A stretch of DNA of 21,915 nucleotides, filler included, from an uncultured Thermoplasmatales archaeon (lineage in GTDB: Archaea; Thermoplasmatota; E2; DHVEG-1): assembly GCA_964517155.1 (NCBI GenBank). It is 2 parts of 2 records of this genome, joined end to end, with 100 filler letters (N's around TTAATTAATTAA, not from the genome) between each part and the next. Parts side by side here need not be neighbours in the genome. Positions count along the whole stretch, not along the records: positions 1 to 14,833 come from CAZFAZ010000090.1; positions 14,934 to 21,915 come from CAZFAZ010000091.1. The stretch is one strand, 5' to 3'. The position numbers were made by a program, and so were the translations under genes. This document shows positions 8,653 to 17,291 of this stretch, piece after piece. The notes below the pieces were generated by a model. That model worked only from the letters and a program-made list of their open reading frames with translations. It did not search any database and was not told where the DNA came from. The number at the start of each line of letters is the position of its first letter. Positions within the stretch are counted from its first letter, which is position 1.

Positions 8653-11493
8653 CTAATTATCCCAAAAACCTCTTGTTTTAGCATAATTAAGCTCTGCTTT
8701 TAAAATATCTCTTAAAAACTTAATTTGTACTTCTTCAGATTTTTCTATATCTTCTACATTATATCTCATAAGAATTCTTGCTGCGGTATCAGGTCCGATT
8801 CCACGGCCTACAAGAGCAATTATTGCAATTTGACCATAACTTAACACAAGACTTGCGTTTTTATGAAGACGTTTTAACTCTTTTTTTTCTTCAACTTTTA
8901 AATCTTTTTTTCTAATGATTTTACCAATATTTCTATTGTAACGCCGCAGTACTGCAATTTTTATTGCACCGCAATTAGAACATTTAAGCTTCTCCTTTGA
9001 CCTTGCAACATTAGTATTCCAAGTATTACCACAGTTTGTACAAACAAGACTTATATCTGTTTCTTCAAGTCTTTTTTTCAAAGCCATAAGTATAGAGCGA
9101 TCTGCCCTTTGAGGAACCATGAGGCCTTTTATTGTTTCAAGACCTGCAACAGATATAGGTGAAAGTCTTTGAACAACTATTTTTATTTTACCTTCTTGTA
9201 TCTCTCTTAAAACTTTTTGAGTGTTTAAAATATCCATTCGCTCCCAGATTGTTTTTTCAACGGCTTCGTCAAAAATATATGTGTTATCAAAAAGAGTGAA
9301 AAGTTTTTTTGAGCCGACATTTCTAAAATCAAAATCTTTTCTGATTGCTCCAAATTTTCGTCCAACATGAACTAGTTGCCAGCGGATATATGTTGAATTT
9401 TTTGATATAGTTGTAAGTAAATACTCTAAAGTCTCAGGTTTTGTTTTATAAAATATTTCTTTTAATTTTTCAACAGGAACGCGGCTAGGTAACTCAAGAT
9501 TTATTCTATAAGGATCACTGTTTATACCTATGCTTTCACCGATTGATTGTATTAGCATTGCAGATATAAGCCTGCCAAGAGTCTCATTTACTTTTGTCCC
9601 AAAACATGCATTTATTACAATGGTTTTATTCTCAACATCAATTGTTATTGTTTTATCATCTGGAATTTTAAAACCTTGTTTTACTTGATTGTCAATATGC
9701 TCAACTAGTTTTTTTAATGAGTCGCTATCACATGCGTAATTTTTTAATTCTTGTTTTTCAAAAACCTTTCTTCTGAGCTTTCCTACTTCACAGGCTATCT
9801 CAAAAGGAACTGGTATATCCTCGCCGCTCCAAGATGGAACATTTCCTAATTCTTCTGATTGTGAAACAAGTATTTCATCGTTTTCTTCTATTTTTATTAT
9901 ATTCCAAGTTCTACCTCTAAGTATAAAACTTGCTCCTTCAAAAACGTTATTTAAAACAAAGCTTTCATCAAGTTTTCCGATGCGTTTTCTTGTGCTTATA
10001 TCTACAACTTGATAATTTTTTTCATCAGGTATCATTGAGATGTTATCTAAAAAATAATGTCTTGAATTTGCTTTTTTTATGATAAAACCTTGTTCATCAA
10101 TCCAGATATTTTTCTGATTTTTTAGTTGTTCTGTTATTTTTTTGAAAAAAACGTATTTTAAATTGATAAAAGGATATGCTCTTTTAATGATTTTATAGAT
10201 TTTCTCAGGTTTAATTTTACCGTATTCTAAAACAATTGATATAATTTGATTAGATAAAACTGATAAAGGGTTTTGTCTAACAATTGTTTTTTCAATTTCA
10301 CCATTTAGTGCTTTTCTTGAGATAACTAGGCTTTCAGATAAATCTTCAGGTGTTGTAGCAATAATTATTCCTTTTGATGTTTTTCCTATACTGTGTCCAG
10401 AGCGGCCTACTCTCTGCAGTATTCTTTTTACTTCGCGTGGGGAGCTGTATTGTATTACAAAATCTGTATCGCCTACATCAATTCCTAGTTCAAGGGAAGA
10501 TGTACAAATAAGTGATTTTAAATTTCCTTTTTTAAAATCATCTTCTGCTTCTATTCTTGCTAGTTTTGATAATGATCCATGATGTACACCAATTGGATAA
10601 TTTTTAAGCCATATGTTAAAGCGTGATGCAAGTATTTCTGCGCCATCACGAGTGTTTATAAAAAGAAGGGTTGAAACATGAGAATCAACTAGTTCTTTAC
10701 ATCTTCTAAGTGATGCAAAAGAAAAAGGTTCTATATGAAGGGTTTTTGCAGGATTATAATCTGTTTTTTGTATTTTTGGTATTTCGACTTTTAAATCAAT
10801 AAGTTTTGTTGCATCTACTTGAATTATTTTTACATTTCTTTGAATTTCTTTTTCATAGCCTGCTAGAAATTTTGCTACTTCTTCAGGGGTGCCAACTGTT
10901 GCAGAAAGACCTATTTTTTGAAAATTATGTCCTGTTTCATTTGTTATTTCAAATAAACGCTCAAGGGCTACTGAGAGTTGTGCACCGCGCTCTTCCCCTG
11001 CTAGCTCATGTATTTCATCTACTACAACCCATTTGACTTTTTGCAAGTGTTTTCTTAGTCTTTTACCAGTAAATAGTATCTGTAGTGTTTCAGGTGTTGT
11101 AATCAGCATATCTGGAGGGTTTTTTGATTGCCTGGCACGCTCACTTTGTGATGTGTCTCCATGTCGAACTGAGATTTCTATTTTCAAGTGTTTTCCCAGT
11201 TCAAGTGTTCTTTTTAGCATATCGCGATTTAATGCTCGTAGTGGAGTAATATAAAGTATTGATATTCCTTTGTCTTGTTCTTCTTGAACGTTTTTTTGTT
11301 TTAGAAAGTTGTGAAAAATAGGTAAGAGTGCTGATTCTGTTTTTCCAAGTCCTGTTGGGGCTATAAGTAAAACATTTTCGCCTTTTAGTATGACTGGTAT
11401 AGATTTATTTTGTGATTCAGTAGGTTTATTTATTTTTTTAGAAACTAGGTAGTCTTGTATTTTTTTATCTAGTTGTGAAAAAACTGATGTCAT
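8653..11493 (-). CDS. lhr: Lhr-family SF2 helicase with C-terminal Cys-rich extension
   Basis: APTGLGKT, TPLRALNRD, DEIH, SAT, HHGSLS, TSSLELGID and QRVGRSGH motifs; C-terminal CTNC...CSNC and GRGIGPDTA. Confidence 0.95.
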   Translation of the reverse strand: MTSVFSQLDKKIQDYLVSKKINKPTESQNKSIPVILKGENVLLIAPTGLGKTESALLPIFHNFLKQKNVQEEQDKGISILYITPLRALNRDMLKRTLELGKHLKIEISVRHGDTSQSERARQSKNPPDMLITTPETLQILFTGKRLRKHLQKVKWVVVDEIHELAGEERGAQLSVALERLFEITNETGHNFQKIGLSATVGTPEEVAKFLAGYEKEIQRNVKIIQVDATKLIDLKVEIPKIQKTDYNPAKTLHIEPFSFASLRRCKELVDSHVSTLLFINTRDGAEILASRFNIWLKNYPIGVHHGSLSKLARIEAEDDFKKGNLKSLICTSSLELGIDVGDTDFVIQYSSPREVKRILQRVGRSGHSIGKTSKGIIIATTPEDLSESLVISRKALNGEIEKTIVRQNPLSVLSNQIISIVLEYGKIKPEKIYKIIKRAYPFINLKYVFFKKITEQLKNQKNIWIDEQGFIIKKANSRHYFLDNISMIPDEKNYQVVDISTRKRIGKLDESFVLNNVFEGASFILRGRTWNIIKIEENDEILVSQSEELGNVPSWSGEDIPVPFEIACEVGKLRRKVFEKQELKNYACDSDSLKKLVEHIDNQVKQGFKIPDDKTITIDVENKTIVINACFGTKVNETLGRLISAMLIQSIGESIGINSDPYRINLELPSRVPVEKLKEIFYKTKPETLEYLLTTISKNSTYIRWQLVHVGRKFGAIRKDFDFRNVGSKKLFTLFDNTYIFDEAVEKTIWERMDILNTQKVLREIQEGKIKIVVQRLSPISVAGLETIKGLMVPQRADRSILMALKKRLEETDISLVCTNCGNTWNTNVARSKEKLKCSNCGAIKIAVLRRYNRNIGKIIRKKDLKVEEKKELKRLHKNASLVLSYGQIAIIALVGRGIGPDTAARILMRYNVEDIEKSEEVQIKFLRDILKAELNYAKTRGFWDN

Positions 11494-11507
11494 TACAATA
11501 AATAATT

Positions 11508-11723
11508 TTAGTCTAAATAGCCTAGTGCTCTTAGTCTTTCTTTTACTTTTTTTTCATCTTCATCTGTAAAATCGTCTGAGTCGTCATCTGTTTCATTTAG
11601 TATTTCATCAAGAACATATGCAATATATGAAGAAACTGATTCAAAACCTGTTCCATTTATTCGTTTCTTTATTTTTTCAATGATACTTTTTGGAAGTTCA
11701 ACTTTGACTTTTTCTTCAGTCAT
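11508..11723 (-). CDS. Ribbon-helix-helix (CopG-like) protein
   Basis: VKVELPKSIIEKIKKRI...GFESVSSYIAYVL; C-terminal VKERLRALGYLD; AGGTG RBS. Confidence 0.85.
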   Translation of the reverse strand: MTEEKVKVELPKSIIEKIKKRINGTGFESVSSYIAYVLDEILNETDDDSDDFTDEDEKKVKERLRALGYLD

Positions 11724-11741
11724 TTAAAGTTACACCTTTGT

Positions 11742-11927
11742 TTAATTTAATGCGTTAAATATTATAAGTCCAACGCCAAACCAGGTTATTGCACCTATAA
11801 AATACCATGCGCTTATTATAGGTATTATCATACCTATTATTATCAATAGTATTGGTAGTATCATAAGTATTAATGCTGTTATTATTTGTTTGATATTATC
11901 TGATAATTCTAGTTTCATATATATCAC
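11742..11927 (-). CDS. Small two-helix membrane protein
   Basis: 61 aa with two hydrophobic segments, co-oriented 18 nt upstream of the RHH gene. Confidence 0.65.
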   Translation of the reverse strand: MIYMKLELSDNIKQIITALILMILPILLIIIGMIIPIISAWYFIGAITWFGVGLIIFNALN

Positions 11928-12081
11928 ATTTTTTATGTAATTGTTATTTCAACCCCCATAAATAAAGCTTTATTATTTAAGCCTAGTGTTTATGATAACT
12001 TGTCAAACAACATTAAAAATTGTTAAAGTGAAGTTTATAAACCTGTAATTGATTTTAATATTGTATATTGTGGAGTAAAAC

Positions 12082-12237
12082 ATGGAAGAATTAAATAAAT
12101 CTTTTAAAAATCATACAGATAAAAGAATAAGGGAAATGCATGAAAGAGCAAGAAAAATTAAAGCAGAAAAAACTAAAGAAAAAATGAAAAAAATTGCAGA
12201 GATACAAACAAAAAAAAGACAAAGACGAAAAAAATAA
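12082..12237 (+). CDS. 51-aa very basic microprotein (not in ORF track)
   Basis: GGAG RBS, upstream TTTATAAA (~12034-12041), and translation MEELNKSFKNHTDKRIREMHERARKIKAEKTKEKMKKIAEIQTKKRQRRKK. It fills an otherwise empty gap. Confidence 0.65.
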   Translation: MEELNKSFKNHTDKRIREMHERARKIKAEKTKEKMKKIAEIQTKKRQRRKK

Positions 12238-12243
12238 TTCATT

Positions 12244-12993
12244 TTATTTCATTTTTAACTCATTTAAAGTTCCTAGATCTGTTCCATCCAACAGATAAAT
12301 TTCTGCTTTTTGTAAATCAATTATTTTTCCAAGTGGACCTATTATTTTATCTTCATTTACAGGTGTGCCGCCACATAAAGAGTTAAAAGCAGGCATTATT
12401 AGAATCAAAGGATTTTTTGAATTTGGATATTTTTCTTTTAGTTTTTCTTGTAAAAAATTAGTTTTAACCCAGCAGGGCTCATATGTTTTATGTTTAAGTC
12501 TATCTTTAAACAAGATGCAAGGATGGGTATGTGCCATAATTATTTGCTGGCATTTCATAATATTTTCAGATGGCCATCTATGTCCATGAACAAAACCTAT
12601 ATTTTTTATTATAAAACCTTCTGAACTTTTTATGTTTATATCAGAAGGTGCTAGTTTTTCTATAAAACCATCATGATTACCTGGAACTATAAAAATAGAG
12701 CTTATTTTTGTTATTTCTTCTAAAAAGTTTTTTACATCTTGTCTCTCACGATAAGTTGTATTTGGGATATTGTGTTTAATATCACCTAGTAAAACTATTT
12801 TTTCTGGTTTTTGTTTTTCACAAATTAAAAGTAAATGTTTTATCATTTTTTGTGTATGATCTGTTTGAGATATCCCATAGTTTTTCAGTTCGCTGTCTAT
12901 ACCAATATGCATATCTGCTACAACTAGTATTTTTTCTTTTTTAAAAAAAAGGACTGGTTCACCTGCGATTGGTTGTATTTGAGTAATATCCAT
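12244..12993 (-). CDS. Calcineurin-like metallophosphoesterase (COG1407-like)
   Basis: ADMHIG, LGDIKH, PGNHDG, HGH, AHTHP and MPAFN motifs. Confidence 0.93.
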   Translation of the reverse strand: MDITQIQPIAGEPVLFFKKEKILVVADMHIGIDSELKNYGISQTDHTQKMIKHLLLICEKQKPEKIVLLGDIKHNIPNTTYRERQDVKNFLEEITKISSIFIVPGNHDGFIEKLAPSDINIKSSEGFIIKNIGFVHGHRWPSENIMKCQQIIMAHTHPCILFKDRLKHKTYEPCWVKTNFLQEKLKEKYPNSKNPLILIMPAFNSLCGGTPVNEDKIIGPLGKIIDLQKAEIYLLDGTDLGTLNELKMK

Positions 12994-12995
12994 TG

Positions 12996-14522
12996 TTATT
13001 CACTTAGATATTTTTTTAAAACGTTTGGAATTTGTTCGATTATATCTGTTGCAACAAGACCATATGAATATTTTTTAAATGCAAGGTTTCCTGCAGCACC
13101 ATTGATAAATATACCCATGCATACAGCATTAAATGGTTCAACTTTTTTTGAGAGGAGCCCTGCTATAAGACCTGCTAAGACATCTCCTGTTCCACCTACC
13201 GTCATTGCTTGATTATGAAAATCATTTAGCTTGGTTGTTTCTTTATTGCTTATTATATCAATAGGTCCTTTCAATACTATTGTAACACCTAGTTTTTTTG
13301 CCCATTTTTGTACTGTTTCTTTTCTTTTTTTAAGATCATTTGTAAGTGTTACACCTGTAAGATGTTTAAATTCACCAGTGTGAGGTGTAAGAACGGTTCT
13401 TGTATTTTTTATAAGGTCTTGTTTTTTGCCTACGACCTGTATTGCATCTGCATCAATTACTATCGGTTTTTTTTGTTCTGTGAATTTTTTTATTGTTTTT
13501 TCAACTGTTTCTCGTGTTTGTTTATCTGTTCCAAGACCTGGGCCTATGAGCAATGCATCTGCTTTGTTTATTTGTTTTTCAATAATTTTTATATCTTTTA
13601 AAACTAGATGTTCTTCATCGTTTAATTCTTTTATAATTAAAGTAGGTGAGATTTTTGCAAGGTGTTTTGCAAGTTTAACAGGTTTTATAAGTAGTGGGGA
13701 ATATGAAGTAATTGCTTTTGCAACTTTTTTTGGTGTTGCAATTATTACTAGATCTGTTCCAATTCGTTGTGCTGCAAAACTTGAGAGTGCTGGTGCACCA
13801 TAGTATGGTCCTCCACCAATTATTAGAAGTCTGCCGTTGTCTCCTTTGTGTGATTCTTTTTTTGGTATAGGATAATATATTTTTAGTTCCCCTGGACCTA
13901 CATATTCTTCTGCTTTTTTTGGAATTCCTATATCAGCTATGATAATCTTTCCGCTATTTTTTGTATTCATTTCTTTTTTAATGTCATGAAATGTTATTGT
14001 ATAATCTGCTTTGACATAGTTATTTGTTCCAAGTCCTGTTGGAACATCTACAGAGATTATTGTTTTGTTTTTGGTTTTGTTTATTTGTTTTACAATTGTG
14101 TTATATGGTTCTCTTAGTTCTCCAGATAACCCTATTCCAAGCATTGAATCTAGTATTAGATCATTTTTTGGTATTAAATCAATTATTTTTGAGATGTCAT
14201 TTGTAGTATCGATTTTTATTTTTTTGCGGTTTTTGAGTTTTTCAAAATTCTTTTTTGAGATATTTGTTCTAATGTCATTTGGTTTTCCTGTTAAAAAAAC
14301 TGTTACATTATGTTTTTCTGATAGATATCTTGCTGCAACAAAACCGTCTCCACTGTTGTTGCCGGTTCCGCAGAAAATTAGTATGTTTTTATTTTTTAGT
14401 TTAAGTTTTTTGTTTATTAAATCTGCAACGTTTTTACCTGCGTTTTCCATTAGTTTAATTGCTGGAACACCGTAAAATTCTGAATTTATATCTAAAACAT
14501 GTATTTCTTTACCTGTTAACAT
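12996..14522 (-). CDS. nnr: Bifunctional NAD(P)H-hydrate epimerase/dehydratase (NnrE-NnrD)
   Basis: YjeF_N motifs LMENAG, CGTGNNSGDG, DSMLGIG, VDVPTG; dehydratase motifs SHKGDNG, GPGLG, VIDADA, LTPHTGEF, GGTGDVLAG. Confidence 0.96.
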   Translation of the reverse strand: MLTGKEIHVLDINSEFYGVPAIKLMENAGKNVADLINKKLKLKNKNILIFCGTGNNSGDGFVAARYLSEKHNVTVFLTGKPNDIRTNISKKNFEKLKNRKKIKIDTTNDISKIIDLIPKNDLILDSMLGIGLSGELREPYNTIVKQINKTKNKTIISVDVPTGLGTNNYVKADYTITFHDIKKEMNTKNSGKIIIADIGIPKKAEEYVGPGELKIYYPIPKKESHKGDNGRLLIIGGGPYYGAPALSSFAAQRIGTDLVIIATPKKVAKAITSYSPLLIKPVKLAKHLAKISPTLIIKELNDEEHLVLKDIKIIEKQINKADALLIGPGLGTDKQTRETVEKTIKKFTEQKKPIVIDADAIQVVGKKQDLIKNTRTVLTPHTGEFKHLTGVTLTNDLKKRKETVQKWAKKLGVTIVLKGPIDIISNKETTKLNDFHNQAMTVGGTGDVLAGLIAGLLSKKVEPFNAVCMGIFINGAAGNLAFKKYSYGLVATDIIEQIPNVLKKYLSE

Positions 14523-14683
14523 ACTAAAATGTTAAACAATAAGTAATGTATATATTTATGTTTTTATCGAGGAATATTGTGGATAAAGATATGAAATTAC
14601 CAGTTTTTCACCATAAATATAAGTGCTGGATCTTCAGAAAAATAATTATCAACAGAGAATGAACCCACGCAGAAGGGTGGAAA

Positions 14684-14833
14684 GTGGGGAGAAAGTGGGG
14701 AGAAAATCTAGGTAAAACTGAGGTGGAAATCTTAGAGTTAATATCTAAAGATAAATTTGTTACAATCGAAGAACTTGCAGAAAAAATTGACTTGGGGACT
14801 ACCGCTATTGAAAATAATATTTCTAAATTAAAG
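14684..14833 (+). pseudogene. Winged-HTH fragment, truncated at contig end
   Basis: KWGENLGKTEVEILELISKDKFVTIEELAEKIDLGTTAIENNISKLK resembles the C-terminal wHTH of Fic/RecG-C-type proteins. There is an in-frame stop just upstream and the frame runs into Ns. Confidence 0.5.
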
Positions 14834-14933
14834 NNNNNNNNNNNNNNNNNNNNNNNNNNNNNNNNNNNNNNNNNNNNTTAATTAATTAANNNNNNNNNNN
14901 NNNNNNNNNNNNNNNNNNNNNNNNNNNNNNNNN
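14834..14933. other. Artificial contig/scaffold linker
   Basis: 44 N + TTAATTAATTAA (stops in all six frames) + 44 N, exactly 100 nt. Confidence 0.95.
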
Positions 14934-15043
14934 TGATTTATTTTTTCTGCATTTTTTATCGGTGTTTTTATTGCATATGACTTTTTCATATTAGCGCCTA
15001 ATTTTCTAGTAGGTATAAATTTATAGCATAAAAAATAGAATAG

Positions 15044-15132
15044 TCCCGCCTCCCGGATTTGAACCGGGGACCTGCCGGTAACGGCCATAGGGTCTACAGC
15101 CGGCCGCTCCAGCCAGACTGAGCTAAGGCGGG
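15044..15132 (-). tRNA. tRNA-Tyr(GTA) with a 14-nt intron at 37/38 (15080-15093)
   Basis: CCCGCCT/AGGCGGG acceptor with archaeal C1:G72 and A73; GCCGG-CT-GTA-G[ACCCTATGGCCGTT]A-CCGGC anticodon arm; CCCGG-TTCAAAT-CCGGG T arm. Confidence 0.93.
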
Positions 15133-15217
15133 GTTTAAAAATTCAAAATGGCAATAACGATAGGTATATTTATTTGTTAAGGTTGTTTTCCTGTTAGATG
15201 TATTGGAGTGTATTGAA

Positions 15218-15448
15218 ATGAAATACGGTGTAGTTGTTTGTCCTAAATGCAGACAAGTAAAAGGTGTTGAGCTGAGACATAAGTCTACAAAATGTATTAG
15301 ATGCAATAAGAAAATTGATATCGATAAGGTTAAAATCATGTTTGAAACAAATAATGAAGAGAAACTTAGAAATGCTATAGGTCTGTTAAATGCAGAACTT
15401 GAGGGAAAAACTGAAGATTTCAAAAAAATTTTTGAAAAAAAAATTTAA
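15218..15448 (+). CDS. Small Zn-binding protein (DUF1922-like)
   Basis: MKYGVVVCPKC...KSTKCIRCNK. A GGAG RBS favours the ATG at 15218 over the TTG at 15203. Confidence 0.8.
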   Translation: MKYGVVVCPKCRQVKGVELRHKSTKCIRCNKKIDIDKVKIMFETNNEEKLRNAIGLLNAELEGKTEDFKKIFEKKI

Positions 15449-15603
15449 AGAATTGTTTTTTTTCTGTGTTTACTGTCTAATTAAGTTTGTTGGATTTTTA
15501 TTTAATATGAAAATCTTATACTTTCAAACTGAAATAATCGGAAATAATTCAATGTTTTGGAGAGATGTATCGATATTTGAAAAATGCACAGGGTGCATAA
15601 AAC

Positions 15604-15660
15604 TAGTTAAATACATTTAACCAAAAATTATTAATATTGGTTAATTATACTTAACTAATA
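15604..15660. promoter_or_regulatory. Two GTTAA-N6-TTAAC palindromes flanking the likely promoter of the ATPase gene
   Basis: TAGTTAA-ATACAT-TTAACCA (15604-15623) and TATTGGTTAA-TTATAC-TTAACTAATA (15635-15660, ending on the A of the ATG). Confidence 0.6.
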
Positions 15661-17102
15661 TGGTGGAGAAAACTACTTTAATCAACTATTTGGAAAAACA
15701 GACATCTATTGCCTCAGTTAGATTGTACAATAACATAGTAAATCAAAAAGGAGAACAACTCCTTGAAAGATTTATCTTTACAATGATAAAAAAAATTATA
15801 AATGACTTCCAAAACAAAAAAGATATTGAAAACCGATGGATAACCATCCCTGGTTTTAGAGGAACAGGAAAAACTACTCTTATTTCCCAGATATATCATA
15901 TGCTTATTGAGCAAGGTGTTACAAAAGATAGAATATTGTATCTTTCATTAGATGAAACTACTAGATTACTTCAAGCTAGCCTATATGAAATAATTGAGGC
16001 ATATGAATCAATTCGTGGAGAAAGTATAGAAGAGGTAAAAGAAAAAATATTTCTTTTTATCGACGAGGCGCAATATGATAAAAATTGGGATATAGCCCTA
16101 AAAAACATATTTGATAAAACGAAAAATATTTTTATTATAGCTACAGGCTCTTCAGCATTAGCACTGCAAACAAGTGCGGATTCTGCAAGAAGAATGCAAA
16201 TAGAAAAACTATTTCCACTTACATTTACCGAGTACATAAAATTAAAATATAAAATATTGCCAGAAAAAAACCTAAGATTTGAAATTCAAAAGGCTATTTT
16301 TGAATCTAATTCTGCAGAAGATGTATATAAAAAACTAAACTCTCTTCAAAAAAAAATAACTAAATACTGGACAAATATCAAACCTTATGAATTTGAAAAA
16401 TATCTGAACACAGGCACACTTCCTTTTTCAATAGGCTTATTTAAGGATGATGAAATTTACCAAAGAATTATCAATATCTTGGAAAAAGTGATATATGAAG
16501 ATATATCACAGATAGATAATTTTGATAAAAATACACTTGATAAAATCTGGAATCTCTTAATAATATTATCAGAGACAAACCGCATTAGTCTTGAATCACT
16601 TGCCGATAAAATCGAATTAAAAAAACCAACAGTTTTCAAAATTCTTAACACCCTTTCAAGATCAGAACTTATTTTTCCGGTAAAAGCGTATGGAACAGCC
16701 TCTAAGCAGACTACAAAAAGTCCAAAATATCCATTTACAGCTCCTGCGATTAAAGCATCGCTTTTAAACAAAATTGGAAAATTATCACCTGATCCTAAAA
16801 CCTATGGACGGCTTTTACAGGATGTAGTTGCAATGTATTTTTACAGACTAACTAATATCTCTAAAAAATATGATGTATATTATGACAGTGCAAAAGGAGG
16901 CGCAGATTTTGTAATAGTTGAAAAGGGAAAAAATTCAAAAATATCAATAGAAGTAAGTTACGGTTCAAATAAAGATGCGCAACAGGCAAAGGCCACTATG
17001 AAGAAAATATCTGCAAAATACGGCGTGGTTATAAGCAAAAAAGAATTAAGTTTACAAGATACTGTAGTTTTTGTTCCGCATAAAATATTTTTCCTTATCT
17101 AG
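15660..17102 (+). CDS. AAA+ ATPase (AAA_14 + wHTH + DUF4143-like domain; COG1373-like)
   Basis: Walker A GFRGTGKTT, Walker B FLFIDEAQ, TGSSAL, PLTFTEY, HTH ISLESLADKIELKKPTV, C-terminal ADFV...IEVS. Confidence 0.9.
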   Translation: MVEKTTLINYLEKQTSIASVRLYNNIVNQKGEQLLERFIFTMIKKIINDFQNKKDIENRWITIPGFRGTGKTTLISQIYHMLIEQGVTKDRILYLSLDETTRLLQASLYEIIEAYESIRGESIEEVKEKIFLFIDEAQYDKNWDIALKNIFDKTKNIFIIATGSSALALQTSADSARRMQIEKLFPLTFTEYIKLKYKILPEKNLRFEIQKAIFESNSAEDVYKKLNSLQKKITKYWTNIKPYEFEKYLNTGTLPFSIGLFKDDEIYQRIINILEKVIYEDISQIDNFDKNTLDKIWNLLIILSETNRISLESLADKIELKKPTVFKILNTLSRSELIFPVKAYGTASKQTTKSPKYPFTAPAIKASLLNKIGKLSPDPKTYGRLLQDVVAMYFYRLTNISKKYDVYYDSAKGGADFVIVEKGKNSKISIEVSYGSNKDAQQAKATMKKISAKYGVVISKKELSLQDTVVFVPHKIFFLI

Positions 17103-17291
17103 AATTATCTCTTGCCTACATCTAGACTTATGAATTAATAAATAATTGTGAGTATTAACTATAAAGATATCCAGAGTAAATATCTCAATTTAGGTTATTT
17201 TGCTGCAAATTTTGCTACAAATTGAAACATAAAGTATTAATCTTTGATAATCCAAGTTTTATTTTGCGAAAATCAAAGACGTGAGACATAT

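Noticed and set aside
938..14475. Numerous 60-160-aa antisense or alternate-frame ORFs inside the long genes (also 15390-16771, 18040-18225 and 21192-21401)
   Set aside because: They lie wholly or mostly within well-supported genes (15390-15620 only partly overlaps one) and show no recognisable motifs.
14878..14889. TTAATTAATTAA palindrome as a biological site
   Set aside because: It is centred in symmetric N runs and is a synthetic six-frame stop spacer.
14882..15423. Minus-strand ORFs 14882-15088 and 15094-15423
   Set aside because: They overlap tRNA-Tyr, the linker or the Zn-protein gene. A real gene start at 14989 (MKKSYAIK...) is possible but too truncated to support.
15522..15535. Mini-ORB-like TTTCAAACTGAAAT
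   Set aside because: Single weak match, no second copy and no cdc6/orc1 gene in the window.
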